Origin: an uncultured delta proteobacterium
GTDB taxonomy: Bacteria; Myxococcota; Kuafuiibacteriia; Kuafuiibacteriales; Kuafuiibacteriaceae
Direction: 5' to 3'
DNA: 64,000 bases
NCBI GenBank assembly: GCA_963803435.1
Contig: CAWDML010000001.1
Span: forward strand, 224,001-288,000
Each line of letters starts with the position of its first letter. The first letter of the stretch is position 1. Position numbers and translations under genes: made by a program. The notes under the pieces were generated by a model that worked only from the letters and a program-made list of their open reading frames with translations, was not told where the DNA came from and ran no database searches. This document shows, in pieces, positions 20,367 to 30,179 of this stretch.

Positions 20367-21998
20367 ATGCGCGCGGAAGACCAAGCGAAGATCCTTTCCG
20401 AGCTGGAGAGCCGCATCGCAGGCGAGCACGAACAGAAGGCCCAGGCGGGTCCCCGGCTCCACGAGCTGCTCGAAGAGACCCTGTACTGGGAGCGGCGCCG
20501 CCTCCGGGAAGACAAGAAGTCCCCCAAATACCAGGACGACGTCCACTTCTGGGACCGCCTCGAAAAACAGTTGCGGGCCGCCTCCGAGCACGACCAGAGG
20601 ACCCTGGTCCGCAAGGCCGTCCGGCACTACGGGGACGAGATCGCCGGCAACTTCGACGAGCGCGTCTATGCCGCGGTGACCCGCGTCCTCCCGCCGGCCC
20701 TCGGCCTCCTCCTGAACGCCGTCTCCCCGATGCGCGTGGTCCGGAGCCTGCCCGACCTGCCCCACCTGGACGACGCGGTCCTCATCCAGGGCGAGACCAC
20801 GCACCTCCACAAGCTCCGCGACAAGGGCACCGTCATCCTGGTCCCCACCCACGTCAGCAACCTCGACTCGATGGTGATCGGCTTTGCGCTCTACCGGCTG
20901 GGGCTGCCGCCGTTCATCTACGGCGCCGGCCTCAACCTGTTCACCAATCCTCTGCTCGGCTTCTTCATGCACAACCTGGGCGCCTACACCGTCGATCGCA
21001 AGAAGAGCGATCCGCTCTACAAGGAGGTGTTGAAGGAGTACGCGACGCTGACGCTCGAGTACGGCTACGACAACCTCTTCTTTCCCGGCGGAACACGGTC
21101 GCGATCGGGCGCCGTCGAGACGAAGCTCAAGCTGGGTCTGCTCGGCACCGGGATCGGCGCGTACATCAACAACCTACGGCGCGGCGCCGCCAGCCCGAAG
21201 ATCTTCATCGTGCCCGCCACGCTCTCGTTCCAGCTCTGCCTGGAGGCCGAGACCCTGATCGACGACTTCCTCAAGGAGGTCGGCAAGTCGCGATACATCA
21301 TCGACGACGACGAGTTCAGCCAGCCGAAGACCGTGTTCGACTTCATGTCCAAGCTCTTCAGCCTCGACTCCAAGATCCACGTGACAATCTGTCGGGGCTA
21401 CGATCCGTTCGGGAACCCGCTCGACGACGCCGGCGAGAGCCTCGACCCGTGCGGTCGCACCATCGACACCGCGCGCTACGTGCTGAGGGACGGCGAGGCG
21501 GCGCCGCTCGCGGATCGGGACGAGGAGTACACCCGCGAGGTCGGCCTGCGCATCGCGGGCGAGTTCCTGCGGAACAACGTGGTGGAGTCGACGCACGTGG
21601 CCGCCTTCGCGATCTTCGGCATCCTCCGCGATCGCAACCCGAAGATGGACGTCCTGCGGATCGTCCGGACCGGCGGCGCCGACGAGGACCTGCCGCTGTC
21701 GCTCGTCTACGCCGAGACCGACCGCGTGCTCCACCAGATCCGCGAGCTTCACAACAAGGGCCTGATCCGCATCGGTCCCACCGCCGGCTCGATCGCCGAG
21801 GACGTGGTCGCCGACGCGCTGGCCCACTTCTCCAGCTTCCACTCCCGGCCCGCAGCGGTGCGCCGCGGCGATCGTCTGGTCGCCGCGGATCGGACGATCC
21901 TGCTCTACTACCAGAACCGCCTCGAGGGTTACGGCCTCGAGCAGGCGCTCGGCCGGCGCCCCACCCTCACGCCCGACCACCGGAGCCTCGCCGTATGA
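20367..21998 (+). CDS. Glycerol-3-phosphate O-acyltransferase (PlsB/GPAT-like)
   Basis: PTHVSNLD (HxxxxD), GAGLNL, GAY.VDR and FFPGGTRSRSG blocks. Confidence 0.88.
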   Translation: MRAEDQAKILSELESRIAGEHEQKAQAGPRLHELLEETLYWERRRLREDKKSPKYQDDVHFWDRLEKQLRAASEHDQRTLVRKAVRHYGDEIAGNFDERVYAAVTRVLPPALGLLLNAVSPMRVVRSLPDLPHLDDAVLIQGETTHLHKLRDKGTVILVPTHVSNLDSMVIGFALYRLGLPPFIYGAGLNLFTNPLLGFFMHNLGAYTVDRKKSDPLYKEVLKEYATLTLEYGYDNLFFPGGTRSRSGAVETKLKLGLLGTGIGAYINNLRRGAASPKIFIVPATLSFQLCLEAETLIDDFLKEVGKSRYIIDDDEFSQPKTVFDFMSKLFSLDSKIHVTICRGYDPFGNPLDDAGESLDPCGRTIDTARYVLRDGEAAPLADRDEEYTREVGLRIAGEFLRNNVVESTHVAAFAIFGILRDRNPKMDVLRIVRTGGADEDLPLSLVYAETDRVLHQIRELHNKGLIRIGPTAGSIAEDVVADALAHFSSFHSRPAAVRRGDRLVAADRTILLYYQNRLEGYGLEQALGRRPTLTPDHRSLAV

Positions 21999-22948
21999 AC
22001 GCGCCACGCGCGATGGCGATCGTCGGCGGCGGGCGGCTCGCGCGGGCGGCCGGCCTGATCCTGGGCCGCTCGGGAGCGATCAAGCTGTGGGCGCGCTCCC
22101 AGGCGCAGCGAGAGACGATCGCAGAGGAGATCCCGCACATCACCGTGACCTCCGAGCTCGGCGAGGCGATCGCCGGCGCCTCGCTGGTCTTCCTCGCGGT
22201 GCCGGCCGCGGCGATGCTCGAGGTCGCCGAGCGGTACGGCGCGTTCGCGACCGGCGATCACCTGGTCCTCAACGCCTCGCGCGGCGTGGGTCCGGGCTTC
22301 CTGCTCCCGCACCAGATGATCCGCGCCAAGACCTGCGTGCGGAAGATCGCCGCCCTGGGCGGACCGCTCTACACCCGCGAGCTCGCGCTGGGCCGCCCGC
22401 TCTCTGCGGTGGTCGCCTCGCGCTACTCGGAGCCGATCGCCCTTCTTCGCGAGCTGACCCGCGGCGGGCCGGTCACGATCCACGCCACCAAGGACATCGT
22501 CGGCGTCGAGGTCGCCGGCGCCATCTCGAACGCCGCCCACCTGGCGGCCGGCCTGGCCGACGCGCTCGAGCTGGGCGAGACCGCGCGCGGCGTCCTCCTC
22601 ACGCACGGGCTGATCGAGGCGCGCCGTCTCGGGATCGCGCTCGGCGCGGTGCCGGAGACCTTCACCGGCCTGGCCGGCGTCGGCGATCTGATCCCGCGCA
22701 AGGTGACCTCGACCGAGCGTCACTACCAGCTGGCCCGGCGGCTGATCGAGACCGGCGACCTCGAGCAGGCGACGCGCGCCTCCGAAGGGCACGTCGAGGG
22801 CGTCACCACCGCGCGCGAGGCGGCCAAGAAGGCCGAGGCGTTGAAGATCCCCTGTCCCCTGATGCGAGCCCTGGCTTCGATCCTCGACGGCGAAGCCGAG
22901 CCCGCCCGAGCGCTCGAGGCCGTCCTCAGGCTGGCGATCGATCTCTGA
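21995..22948 (+). CDS. GpsA-like glycerol-3-phosphate dehydrogenase homolog with degenerate catalytic motifs
   Basis: IVGGG, LAVP, GGP, D..GVE.AGA, GLAGVGDL and EGV motifs are present, but ALKN reads AISN and SRN reads ERH. ATGA-coupled to the acyltransferase. Confidence 0.8.
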   Translation: MNAPRAMAIVGGGRLARAAGLILGRSGAIKLWARSQAQRETIAEEIPHITVTSELGEAIAGASLVFLAVPAAAMLEVAERYGAFATGDHLVLNASRGVGPGFLLPHQMIRAKTCVRKIAALGGPLYTRELALGRPLSAVVASRYSEPIALLRELTRGGPVTIHATKDIVGVEVAGAISNAAHLAAGLADALELGETARGVLLTHGLIEARRLGIALGAVPETFTGLAGVGDLIPRKVTSTERHYQLARRLIETGDLEQATRASEGHVEGVTTAREAAKKAEALKIPCPLMRALASILDGEAEPARALEAVLRLAIDL

Positions 22949-23817
22949 TGTTCCTCGAGCAGTCCAACGATCGCCGGCTCGCGTTCGACTATTCAGGCGA
23001 CATCCTCGTCTGGGACATCGACAAGACCTATCTCGATACCAGCTTCTCCTCGTTCCGAGGCCTGATCGCGATCCCGCTCGAGTTCGCCGTCGACAAGCGA
23101 TCCATCCCGGGCGCGGTGAACGTCATCCGCGCGCTCAGGCACGGCCCCGCCAAGGACAGCGCGCTCACGCCGCTCTACTTCGTCAGCGGGAGCCCACCGC
23201 AGCTCCGCAAGGTGATCGAGCAGAAGATGACGCTCGACGGCGTCGAGTTCGACGGCATCACTTTCAAGGATCAGTGGGGGCTGTTGCGTGCCGGCCGCCC
23301 GCGCGATATCCGGGCGCAGGTCGGCTACAAGCTGCAGGCCCTCCTCCTCTATCGCCGCGAGCTCCCCGACGGCGGGCGCTATCTGATGTTCGGCGACGAC
23401 GTCGAGGACGACGCCGACTCGTTCCTCCTCTTCGGAGAGATCTGCGCCGGCCTCCGCGACGGGCCCCTCGAGGCGCGACTGCGCGACAAGTCCGTGGCGC
23501 GCCCCGACGTCGAGCAGATCCTCCAGGTCGCCTCCACGCTCCCGATCATCGAGGACCCCGTCGAGCGCGTGTTCATCCTGCTCACGAAGAAGGATCCGGG
23601 CCGATATCGGGATCCGCGCATCGTCGGCGCCCGCTCCTATCTTCAAACGGCGATGGTCCTGGCGGAGATGGGGCGGATCGGGGCCGAGACCGTCTCCTCG
23701 GTGGCGCGCGATCTGAGGCGGAACCGGATCTCGGAGCTCGAGATCGCCGAGGAGATCAACGACGCCGAGCGACGGCTGGGCACCTCCCGCGAGACCACCC
23801 TCCTCGCCAAGCAGTGA
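22948..23817 (+). CDS. HAD-type phosphatase (App1/LNS2 phosphatidate-phosphatase-like)
   Basis: WDIDKTYL (DxDxT), PG, YFVSGSP, GYK and FGDD.E.D motifs; TGATG coupling. Confidence 0.75.
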   Translation: MFLEQSNDRRLAFDYSGDILVWDIDKTYLDTSFSSFRGLIAIPLEFAVDKRSIPGAVNVIRALRHGPAKDSALTPLYFVSGSPPQLRKVIEQKMTLDGVEFDGITFKDQWGLLRAGRPRDIRAQVGYKLQALLLYRRELPDGGRYLMFGDDVEDDADSFLLFGEICAGLRDGPLEARLRDKSVARPDVEQILQVASTLPIIEDPVERVFILLTKKDPGRYRDPRIVGARSYLQTAMVLAEMGRIGAETVSSVARDLRRNRISELEIAEEINDAERRLGTSRETTLLAKQ

Positions 23818-23855
23818 GCCTCGACAACGACGGCGCCCGAGGATAGATCGAGCCC

Positions 23856-24791
23856 GTGCTCCGGGAGCTGACCCTCGAAGTCGTACGCGCGGCGCGCGAG
23901 CGCATTCGACCCCACGTGCTCCGCACCCCGATGCTCTCGCACTGGACGGCGTCGGATGCCGAGCTGCTGCTCAAGCCGGAGTCGCTCCAGAGCATCGGCG
24001 CGTTCAAGATCCGCGGAGCCTTCAGCCTGATGACCACGCTGCCCCGCGATTGCCCCGGCGTGGTGGCCCACTCTTCCGGCAACCACGCCCAGGCAGTCGC
24101 GCGCGCCGGCCGCGTGCTCGGCCTGCGAACGGTGGTGGTGATGCCGTCGGATGCGCCCGAGCTGAAGCGCCGGCGCACGGAGGAGGACGGCGCCGAGATC
24201 GTCACGGTGGGTACCGACAGCGACGAGCGCGCCCGGCGCGCCACCGAGATCGCGAAGGCCGAGGGCCTGGTCGAGGTGCCGCCCTACGACCACCTGCTGA
24301 TCGCCGCCGGGCAAGGGACCGCCGCACTCGAGCTGGTGGAGGACGCGGGCACGCTCGATCGCTTCTACGCTCCGGTCAGCGGCGGCGGCCTGATGGCCGG
24401 CTGCGCCACGGTCGTGCGCGCGCTCTGCCCGAAGGCGGAGATCGTGGGCGTGGAGCCCGAGGACGCGAACGACACGCGGCTTTCGCTCGAGCGGGGCGAG
24501 CGGGTGAAGGTGCCGCCGCCGAAGACGATCGCTGACGGCCTGCGGGTGCGGACGCCCGGCGAGCAGACCTGGCCGGTCCTCCAGGCGAAGGTGGATCGGA
24601 TCGAGCTGGTCTCGGATCCGGCGCTGCTCGAGGCGATGGCCTATGCCGCCGACGTCCTGCGGCTGATCCTCGAGCCCTCCGGCGCCGCCTCGCTGGCGGT
24701 CGCGCTCCGGGAGCGGCGGCCCGGCCGGAGCGGGGTCCTGCTGTCCGGCGGCAACGTCGATCCGGCCCGGCTGCGGGAGGCGCTCCGCTGA
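23856..24791 (+). CDS. PLP-dependent threonine/serine dehydratase (serine racemase-like, no regulatory domain)
   Basis: K.E.LQ..GAFKIRGA, SSGNHAQA, GQGT, GGGL, TIADG, EPSGA and SGGN motifs. Confidence 0.92.
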   Translation: MLRELTLEVVRAARERIRPHVLRTPMLSHWTASDAELLLKPESLQSIGAFKIRGAFSLMTTLPRDCPGVVAHSSGNHAQAVARAGRVLGLRTVVVMPSDAPELKRRRTEEDGAEIVTVGTDSDERARRATEIAKAEGLVEVPPYDHLLIAAGQGTAALELVEDAGTLDRFYAPVSGGGLMAGCATVVRALCPKAEIVGVEPEDANDTRLSLERGERVKVPPPKTIADGLRVRTPGEQTWPVLQAKVDRIELVSDPALLEAMAYAADVLRLILEPSGAASLAVALRERRPGRSGVLLSGGNVDPARLREALR

Positions 24792-24936
24792 CCCCTGGTC
24801 TTTTCAACGACTTGGCGCTCCGCCGAGGATCGGGTGTGCGATTCGAGCACAAGGGACTACGATCACACCGGAGGGTCGCCCCGGAGGGCCGCGCCGGACA
24901 TGGTATGGTTCGCGCGGTCGCTGGGGCGAAGCGAGC

Positions 24937-26613
24937 ATGACGGCCGACGAGACCATCGCGTCGATCCACGCGTTCGAGATCCTCACGAAGCTCAGCTCGG
25001 GCGGCATGGGTGATGTCCTGCTGGCCCGCCGCCACGGCGCCCACGGCTTCGAGAAGCTGCTCGCTGTCAAAACGATCCGGGCCGACCTGGCCCGCCGTCC
25101 CGACATCCGCGCCATGTTCCTCGACGAGGCCCGCCTGGTGGCCCGGCTCGATCACCCCGTCATCGCGCACGTGTACGACTTCGGCGAGGAGTCCGGACTC
25201 CTGTATCTGGCGATGGAGTACGTGGCCGGCGTCGCCCTCAACAAGCTGCTCATCAAGCGGCAGTCGGCGCTCCCCGCGACGGTCGCGCTCCGGATCGCCG
25301 CCGAGGTCTGCCGCGGGATCCACGCGGCCCACGAGCTCACGGATCTGGAGGGAAAGAACCTGGGCGTGGTCCATCGCGACCTCTCGCCGGGCAACCTGAT
25401 CCTCACGTTCGACGGGCACATGAAGATCCTCGACTTCGGGATCGCCTTCATGCACGAGCGCGAGTCGCCCGACACGCAGGTCGGGGAGCTGAAGGGCAAA
25501 CCGTCCTACATGGCTCCGGAGCAGCTCCGGGCCGAGCGCGTCGATCGCCGCTCCGATCTCTATTCGCTCTCGGTCGTGCTCCACGAGATGCTGACCGGGC
25601 GAAAGCTGTTCACGAAGAACAACGTGGTCGCGACGGTGCTGGCCGTCGAGCGCGGCGACGTCCCCACGCCCTCGGAGCTCAACCCCGAGCTGCCGAAGAC
25701 GCTCGACAACGTGGTGATGAAGGGCCTCTCCAAGCGGGCCGCGGATCGCTATCAGACCGCCCGCGAGATGGCGACCGCCCTCGATCGGGCCGCCCAGCAG
25801 CTCGGCGACGATCCGACGCTGGAGAAGTTCGTGGACCTCGAGCTGGCCGAAGAGATGCGCGGGCATCGGGCCTGGATGTCCGCGGTGCTTTCGGGCGACT
25901 TCGAGGAGCCCGGCACGTACGAGCGCTTCGTCGCCCACCCCGATCTGATCAGCGTCCCGGGGCGCGAGCGATCGATCACCAAGAACGAGAAGGAGCCCGC
26001 GGCCGCCGAGGCGCGCCCGCTGGTCGACTCCACCACCCTGGTCCCGCCGCCCGCGACCGCCGACGTGGTGGCGCTGGGCGGGAGCGCCTCGCCCGCGAAG
26101 AAGTTGATCCTGGCGGTGGGCGTGGTGATCGCGTTTCTGTTCGGCGCGATCGGCTACTGGTCGAGCGAGGTGGAGCCGATCGCCCCCATCGATGCGGAGC
26201 CCCTGGCGGCGCAGCCGGCCTTCGAAAAGGCGCCGGAGCCCCCAGCGCCCGCCGAGGTCCTCGACGACGTCGAGCCGGAGCCCGAGCCGGAGCCGGAGGT
26301 CGTCCTCACGCCGGCGCCGAAGAAGCACCACGATCGAAAGCGCCGCCGCAACCGCACCCACCGCGTGGAGGCGAAGGTGGAGGAGCCTGCGGCCGGCGGA
26401 CCGATCGCGTTCGGCTTCCTCACCATCGGAGCCTCGCCGTACGCGCTGGTGCGGATCGACGGCAAGGAGATCGGCGCCACGCCGATCTGGAACCGCAAGC
26501 TGCCGGCGGGCCGCCACGAGGTCCAGCTGGTTCGACCCGACACGGGCGAGGTGCGGCTCACCAAGATCCTCAAGCTGGACGAAGGCCAGCACGAACGCGT
26601 CACCGCGGAGTGA
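24937..26613 (+). CDS. Membrane Ser/Thr protein kinase with a C-terminal PEGA-like domain
   Basis: GGMG.V, AVK, HRDLSPGN, DFGIA and GKPSYMAPEQ motifs; transmembrane helix; P.A.V.IDG..IG.TP PEGA pattern. Confidence 0.92.
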   Translation: MTADETIASIHAFEILTKLSSGGMGDVLLARRHGAHGFEKLLAVKTIRADLARRPDIRAMFLDEARLVARLDHPVIAHVYDFGEESGLLYLAMEYVAGVALNKLLIKRQSALPATVALRIAAEVCRGIHAAHELTDLEGKNLGVVHRDLSPGNLILTFDGHMKILDFGIAFMHERESPDTQVGELKGKPSYMAPEQLRAERVDRRSDLYSLSVVLHEMLTGRKLFTKNNVVATVLAVERGDVPTPSELNPELPKTLDNVVMKGLSKRAADRYQTAREMATALDRAAQQLGDDPTLEKFVDLELAEEMRGHRAWMSAVLSGDFEEPGTYERFVAHPDLISVPGRERSITKNEKEPAAAEARPLVDSTTLVPPPATADVVALGGSASPAKKLILAVGVVIAFLFGAIGYWSSEVEPIAPIDAEPLAAQPAFEKAPEPPAPAEVLDDVEPEPEPEPEVVLTPAPKKHHDRKRRRNRTHRVEAKVEEPAAGGPIAFGFLTIGASPYALVRIDGKEIGATPIWNRKLPAGRHEVQLVRPDTGEVRLTKILKLDEGQHERVTAE

Positions 26614-28366
26614 CCGCACCCATCGAGAACACCTCGAAGCGCGTCTGACTCACCGCCAGCCCGGGAGTCCGCTCGCCGATGATCACGTCGTCCGTCCCGT
26701 CGCGATCGAAGTCGACCAGGAGCATCTCGGGGTCGCGCAGGAGCTCGCCGCCGGGGATCTGGAAGTCGCCGGTGATACGCTGCGACTCGCGCTCGCGCCC
26801 GAGGGCCGCCCAGAGCGCATAGCGGGGAAGATCGAGGATGTCGGCCCGCTGGTCGACCAGCGAGACCACGTCGAGGAGCTGGTCGCCGTCGATGTCACCG
26901 CCGTTGGTGTACAGCGGGATGCCGGTCGGCGAGTCGAGCCCCCGCTCCACCAGCGACAGCGTCTGCTGGTCGATCCGAACGATGTACCGCGAGATCACGA
27001 CGTCGTTCACCGAGAGCTGCGTGCCCAGGAGCAGGCGCTCGTTCGAGGCGCCGATCGCAGGCGCAAAGCCGATGCCCTCGGGCACCGCCAGCCAGGCCTG
27101 CCCGATCAGCGTGTCGCCCATGAGGTTGGTGACGAACAGGTTGGCGCCCGCCTGATCCTCGACGATCAGCACGCGGACGAGTCCCGCGACCTCATCGGTC
27201 ACGCAGCCCGAGGCGATCAGATCGAAGTCGGCGGTGAAGATGTTGCCGAGGCCCTGATCGTCGAAGATACCGACGATGTTGGACTCGTAGTTGACGAAGA
27301 TCTGGGGCGGCGATCCGGGCTCGCACGGCCCCGACATCGCGATCTCGACCGGCGCGAAGCCGGTGGGCGGCGCGTAGCCGGCGCGCGCGACCACATTGCC
27401 GTCGATGTCGATCTCCTTCCAGTCCTCGAGGCCGAGCACGATGGCGCGGGCGCGCTCGCCCTTGCGGGGCGCCTCGATCAGGCCCAGCCGGGGCGCGGTC
27501 GTGACGATGTTCTGGCTGATGCGCATCTGCGTGGCGCCCTCCGGGTTCCGATACACGTAGGCGACCTTGTACGTGTCGAACTGGAGGCCCTCGATGAGCG
27601 CGGCGAACCCGGGCTCGCCGTTCGGTCCGATCGGTCCGGCGCGGTAGTCGTCGACGGGGCCGGGCAGATAGCCGATCTGGACCTCGGGCTGGACGAACCC
27701 GGTGACCGGCTCGGGATCCTGCTCGGCCCAGCGGATCGCGACGTCGAGCACGAAGGGGCCGGGGCGCGTGGGGAGCTCGGGGAGGATGGCAGCGTTGCCG
27801 GAGGCGCTGCTGGTGGCCACGCCTCGAGAGCCCGAGCCGCCGGCGCCGTCGATCTCCCAGCGCACCTCGACCCCACCGAGGTCGCGCTTGTCGAGATCGG
27901 TGACCTTGAGCACGATCGGATCGGTGAGCTCGGCGCCGGACTGGATGGAGAGGGACGGGTGGGTGGTCACGGTGACCAGCTTGGTGGGCTCGCCCTGGAT
28001 GACGACCTCGGTGTCCCGCTCGATCTCGCCCTGCTCGGCACAGCCGGTGACCACGCGACGCTGAGCGCCGTCGAGGGCGTCGGCCCAGAACAGCTTGGCC
28101 GCCGTGCGATCGACCTCGAGGGGGGCCTCGCTGGTGGTGATGAGCGAGATCTCGGAGACCAGCGACAGGCGCAGCACCTCCGGATCCACCTGGCCGAACG
28201 CGAGCTGGTCGCAGTCGAACGGCGCCGCGGGGAGCGGCTGGTAGACGCGGAGCGTGGCGCTGTTGATCTCGTCCCGATAGGGATCGGTGATCTGGAACGT
28301 GACGTCGAGCTTGGGATCGCCGCAGCCGGCGGCGAGCAGGAGCACGAGGGCAGCCCGCCGGATCAT
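26600..28366 (-). CDS. Hypothetical lipoprotein with an Ig-like segment and C-terminal FG-GAP/VCBS-like motifs
   Basis: MIRRAALVLLLAAGC lipobox from ATG 28366 (overlaps the upstream stop); GDIDGDQLLDV and DFDRDGTDDV motifs. Confidence 0.75.
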   Translation of the reverse strand: MIRRAALVLLLAAGCGDPKLDVTFQITDPYRDEINSATLRVYQPLPAAPFDCDQLAFGQVDPEVLRLSLVSEISLITTSEAPLEVDRTAAKLFWADALDGAQRRVVTGCAEQGEIERDTEVVIQGEPTKLVTVTTHPSLSIQSGAELTDPIVLKVTDLDKRDLGGVEVRWEIDGAGGSGSRGVATSSASGNAAILPELPTRPGPFVLDVAIRWAEQDPEPVTGFVQPEVQIGYLPGPVDDYRAGPIGPNGEPGFAALIEGLQFDTYKVAYVYRNPEGATQMRISQNIVTTAPRLGLIEAPRKGERARAIVLGLEDWKEIDIDGNVVARAGYAPPTGFAPVEIAMSGPCEPGSPPQIFVNYESNIVGIFDDQGLGNIFTADFDLIASGCVTDEVAGLVRVLIVEDQAGANLFVTNLMGDTLIGQAWLAVPEGIGFAPAIGASNERLLLGTQLSVNDVVISRYIVRIDQQTLSLVERGLDSPTGIPLYTNGGDIDGDQLLDVVSLVDQRADILDLPRYALWAALGRERESQRITGDFQIPGGELLRDPEMLLVDFDRDGTDDVIIGERTPGLAVSQTRFEVFSMGAVTPR

Positions 28367-29169
28367 GGGACCTGAAACTTCCCCGGCACGGTCGCGCCCG
28401 GCTCGCGGGTCACCGCGAAGACCGCCGCTCCAGCGCCGGCAGCGACGACGGCGCCGGCTGCGACCCAGACCCACCACTGGCCGTACCAGCGTTCGGGCGC
28501 CTCGAAGCGGAGGCCAATCTCCCGGGGCCGCCGCTCCGATCCCCACAGGAGGACCTCGTCATCCTTGGCGTCGTAGGCGATGGCGTAGATCTCCACCGAC
28601 TCCGTCTGCTCGGCGCTGGGCGCCGCCGGCGGCAGCTCGATGCGGGCGACCCGGCCCTCCGGCGGGAGGTCGAGCCGTTGCTCCTGCCAATCGGCATGCC
28701 CTTGGTGCGGAAGCGGACGCAGGCCTTCTTCAGGAAGTGATGGGGATCGGCGACCACCTCGACGGCGATCGGAATGGGATCCTGCACGGTGGAGATCCCG
28801 CGACCAGGAGAGATCGATCGCCGGGGTGGGCCGCGCGTTGGCGGTGGCGCGGGCCTGCTCGAAGAGGAACGTGACCTTCGGCGAGAGCGTGTAGCTGATG
28901 GCGGCGTTGGGCTCGAGGGCGAGCATGACGTCGAAGGCGTGCTTCGCCTCCTCGCCGCGCTCGAGATAGGCATAGGCGATGCCGAGCTGCTCGTAGAGGC
29001 GCACGTGGTCCTCATGGGTATACGGTCCCTCCTCCTCCTTGGCCCGGGTCAAGAGGTCGACCGCGTCGTCGGGGCGGAAGTCGGCCAAGGCTTGCGAGGC
29101 CTTGTCCAAGCTCGGGTGCGGCGCCGAGGCGATCGCGAGTAGGAGGAGGACCTCCACGGTCGCAATCAT
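28363..29169 (-). CDS. Exported TPR protein with a C-terminal membrane anchor; apparent compensating frameshifts near 28790 and 28697
   Basis: Signal peptide; LGIAYA.L...EEA...F...LALEP TPR; SPKV..LFEQAR; WYGQWWVW anchor. Between the two shifts the alternative frame (TVQDPIPIAVEVVADP) is the protein-like one. Confidence 0.75.
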   Translation of the reverse strand: MIATVEVLLLLAIASAPHPSLDKASQALADFRPDDAVDLLTRAKEEEGPYTHEDHVRLYEQLGIAYAYLERGEEAKHAFDVMLALEPNAAISYTLSPKVTFLFEQARATANARPTPAIDLSWSRDLHRAGSHSDRRRGGRRSPSLPEEGLRPLPHQGHADWQEQRLDLPPEGRVARIELPPAAPSAEQTESVEIYAIAYDAKDDEVLLWGSERRPREIGLRFEAPERWYGQWWVWVAAGAVVAAGAGAAVFAVTREPGATVPGKFQVP

Positions 29170-29693
29170 ACTACTCCCTCGGGTAGATCCGGAGGAACGT
29201 CAATCGGGCGCCCGCGGAGGACGTGAACCCAGAAGACCAGGAGCGAGAGCGCGCCCCACGACAGACCCACCACCACGCCCGCGTCCACGATCCCGCGCCA
29301 CGGTTGGTCGAGCGCGCGGACGACGAGCACGAGCCCGGTGACGCCGAGCAGCACCGACCAGGAGACGAGCGCGCGCTTCCGCGTCGCGTGGAACAGTCCC
29401 ATGCAGTGCATCGGCGCGAGGAGGACGTGAAGCGGGCGCGGATCGGCGGCGACCGCGAGACCTCTCGCCACCGCCCGGGGAGAGAAGGCTTTGTGAAAGG
29501 CACGATAGCCCTCGTAGTAGCCGAGCCCGGCGACCGAGGCCGCGAGGGCGATCCAGTGGACCGCGTCGAGGTCCATGCGGAGCGCCTCGATCGCGATCGG
29601 GATCAGACGGACCACGGCGGTCAGCAGGAAGAGGGCGAGGCCGCCGATCCCCCAGATCATGCCGATCCATCCGGCGAGTCCAAAGCGCGGCAT
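29166..29693 (-). CDS. Conserved hypothetical membrane protein
   Basis: Four hydrophobic helices with Y.EGYR.F...FSPR..AR, LAP..CMG.FHAT and QPWRGI.DAGVV.GL.WG blocks; GC3-rich only from about 29693. Confidence 0.75.
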   Translation of the reverse strand: MPRFGLAGWIGMIWGIGGLALFLLTAVVRLIPIAIEALRMDLDAVHWIALAASVAGLGYYEGYRAFHKAFSPRAVARGLAVAADPRPLHVLLAPMHCMGLFHATRKRALVSWSVLLGVTGLVLVVRALDQPWRGIVDAGVVVGLSWGALSLLVFWVHVLRGRPIDVPPDLPEGVV

Positions 29694-30121
29694 CGGTGCC
29701 CGGACAGTAGAGGAGCGCGAGCGGGGCGTCGAGCGATCCTGGCGGGGGCCGGGCCGGATCCGCGGCCCCCGCGAGCGGCGGGAAACAGCCCCAGATCCGC
29801 CCTTTTCGGCCCTTTGGCGCGGCGCGCGACCGGCCGAGCGCCGTGCACCGATCCGGCGCGATCCCGATCCGCATCCACGTCGCGCCGGAGACCGCGCCCG
29901 CGCGATCCGAGGGCGCGGCGGATCGATCGCGCCGCGGATCCGCGCGCGGGTGGCGTGGAGTCGGCCCGGTTTCCACGCGTGGACGCGCGCGAACGATCGC
30001 ACGGACGCACAGGCGCAGATCGTCACGAAACGGTCGATTCGAATACGAAGGAGCCGTTTCTCAGGATTGTGGCGATCGCCTCGAAACCCAGCTTGCACGC
30101 GTCGTTTCGCGACTACCCCCG

Positions 30122-30150
30122 TTGACGCTCACGCAGAGGCTCTATAGGCT
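30122..30150 (+). promoter_or_regulatory. Putative sigma70 promoter
   Basis: TTGACG-N17-TAGGCT, with a GGAGG ribosome-binding site at 30171-30175. Confidence 0.55.
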
Positions 30151-30179
30151 GCGCCCGACTCAGCAGGGTCGGAGGATTA

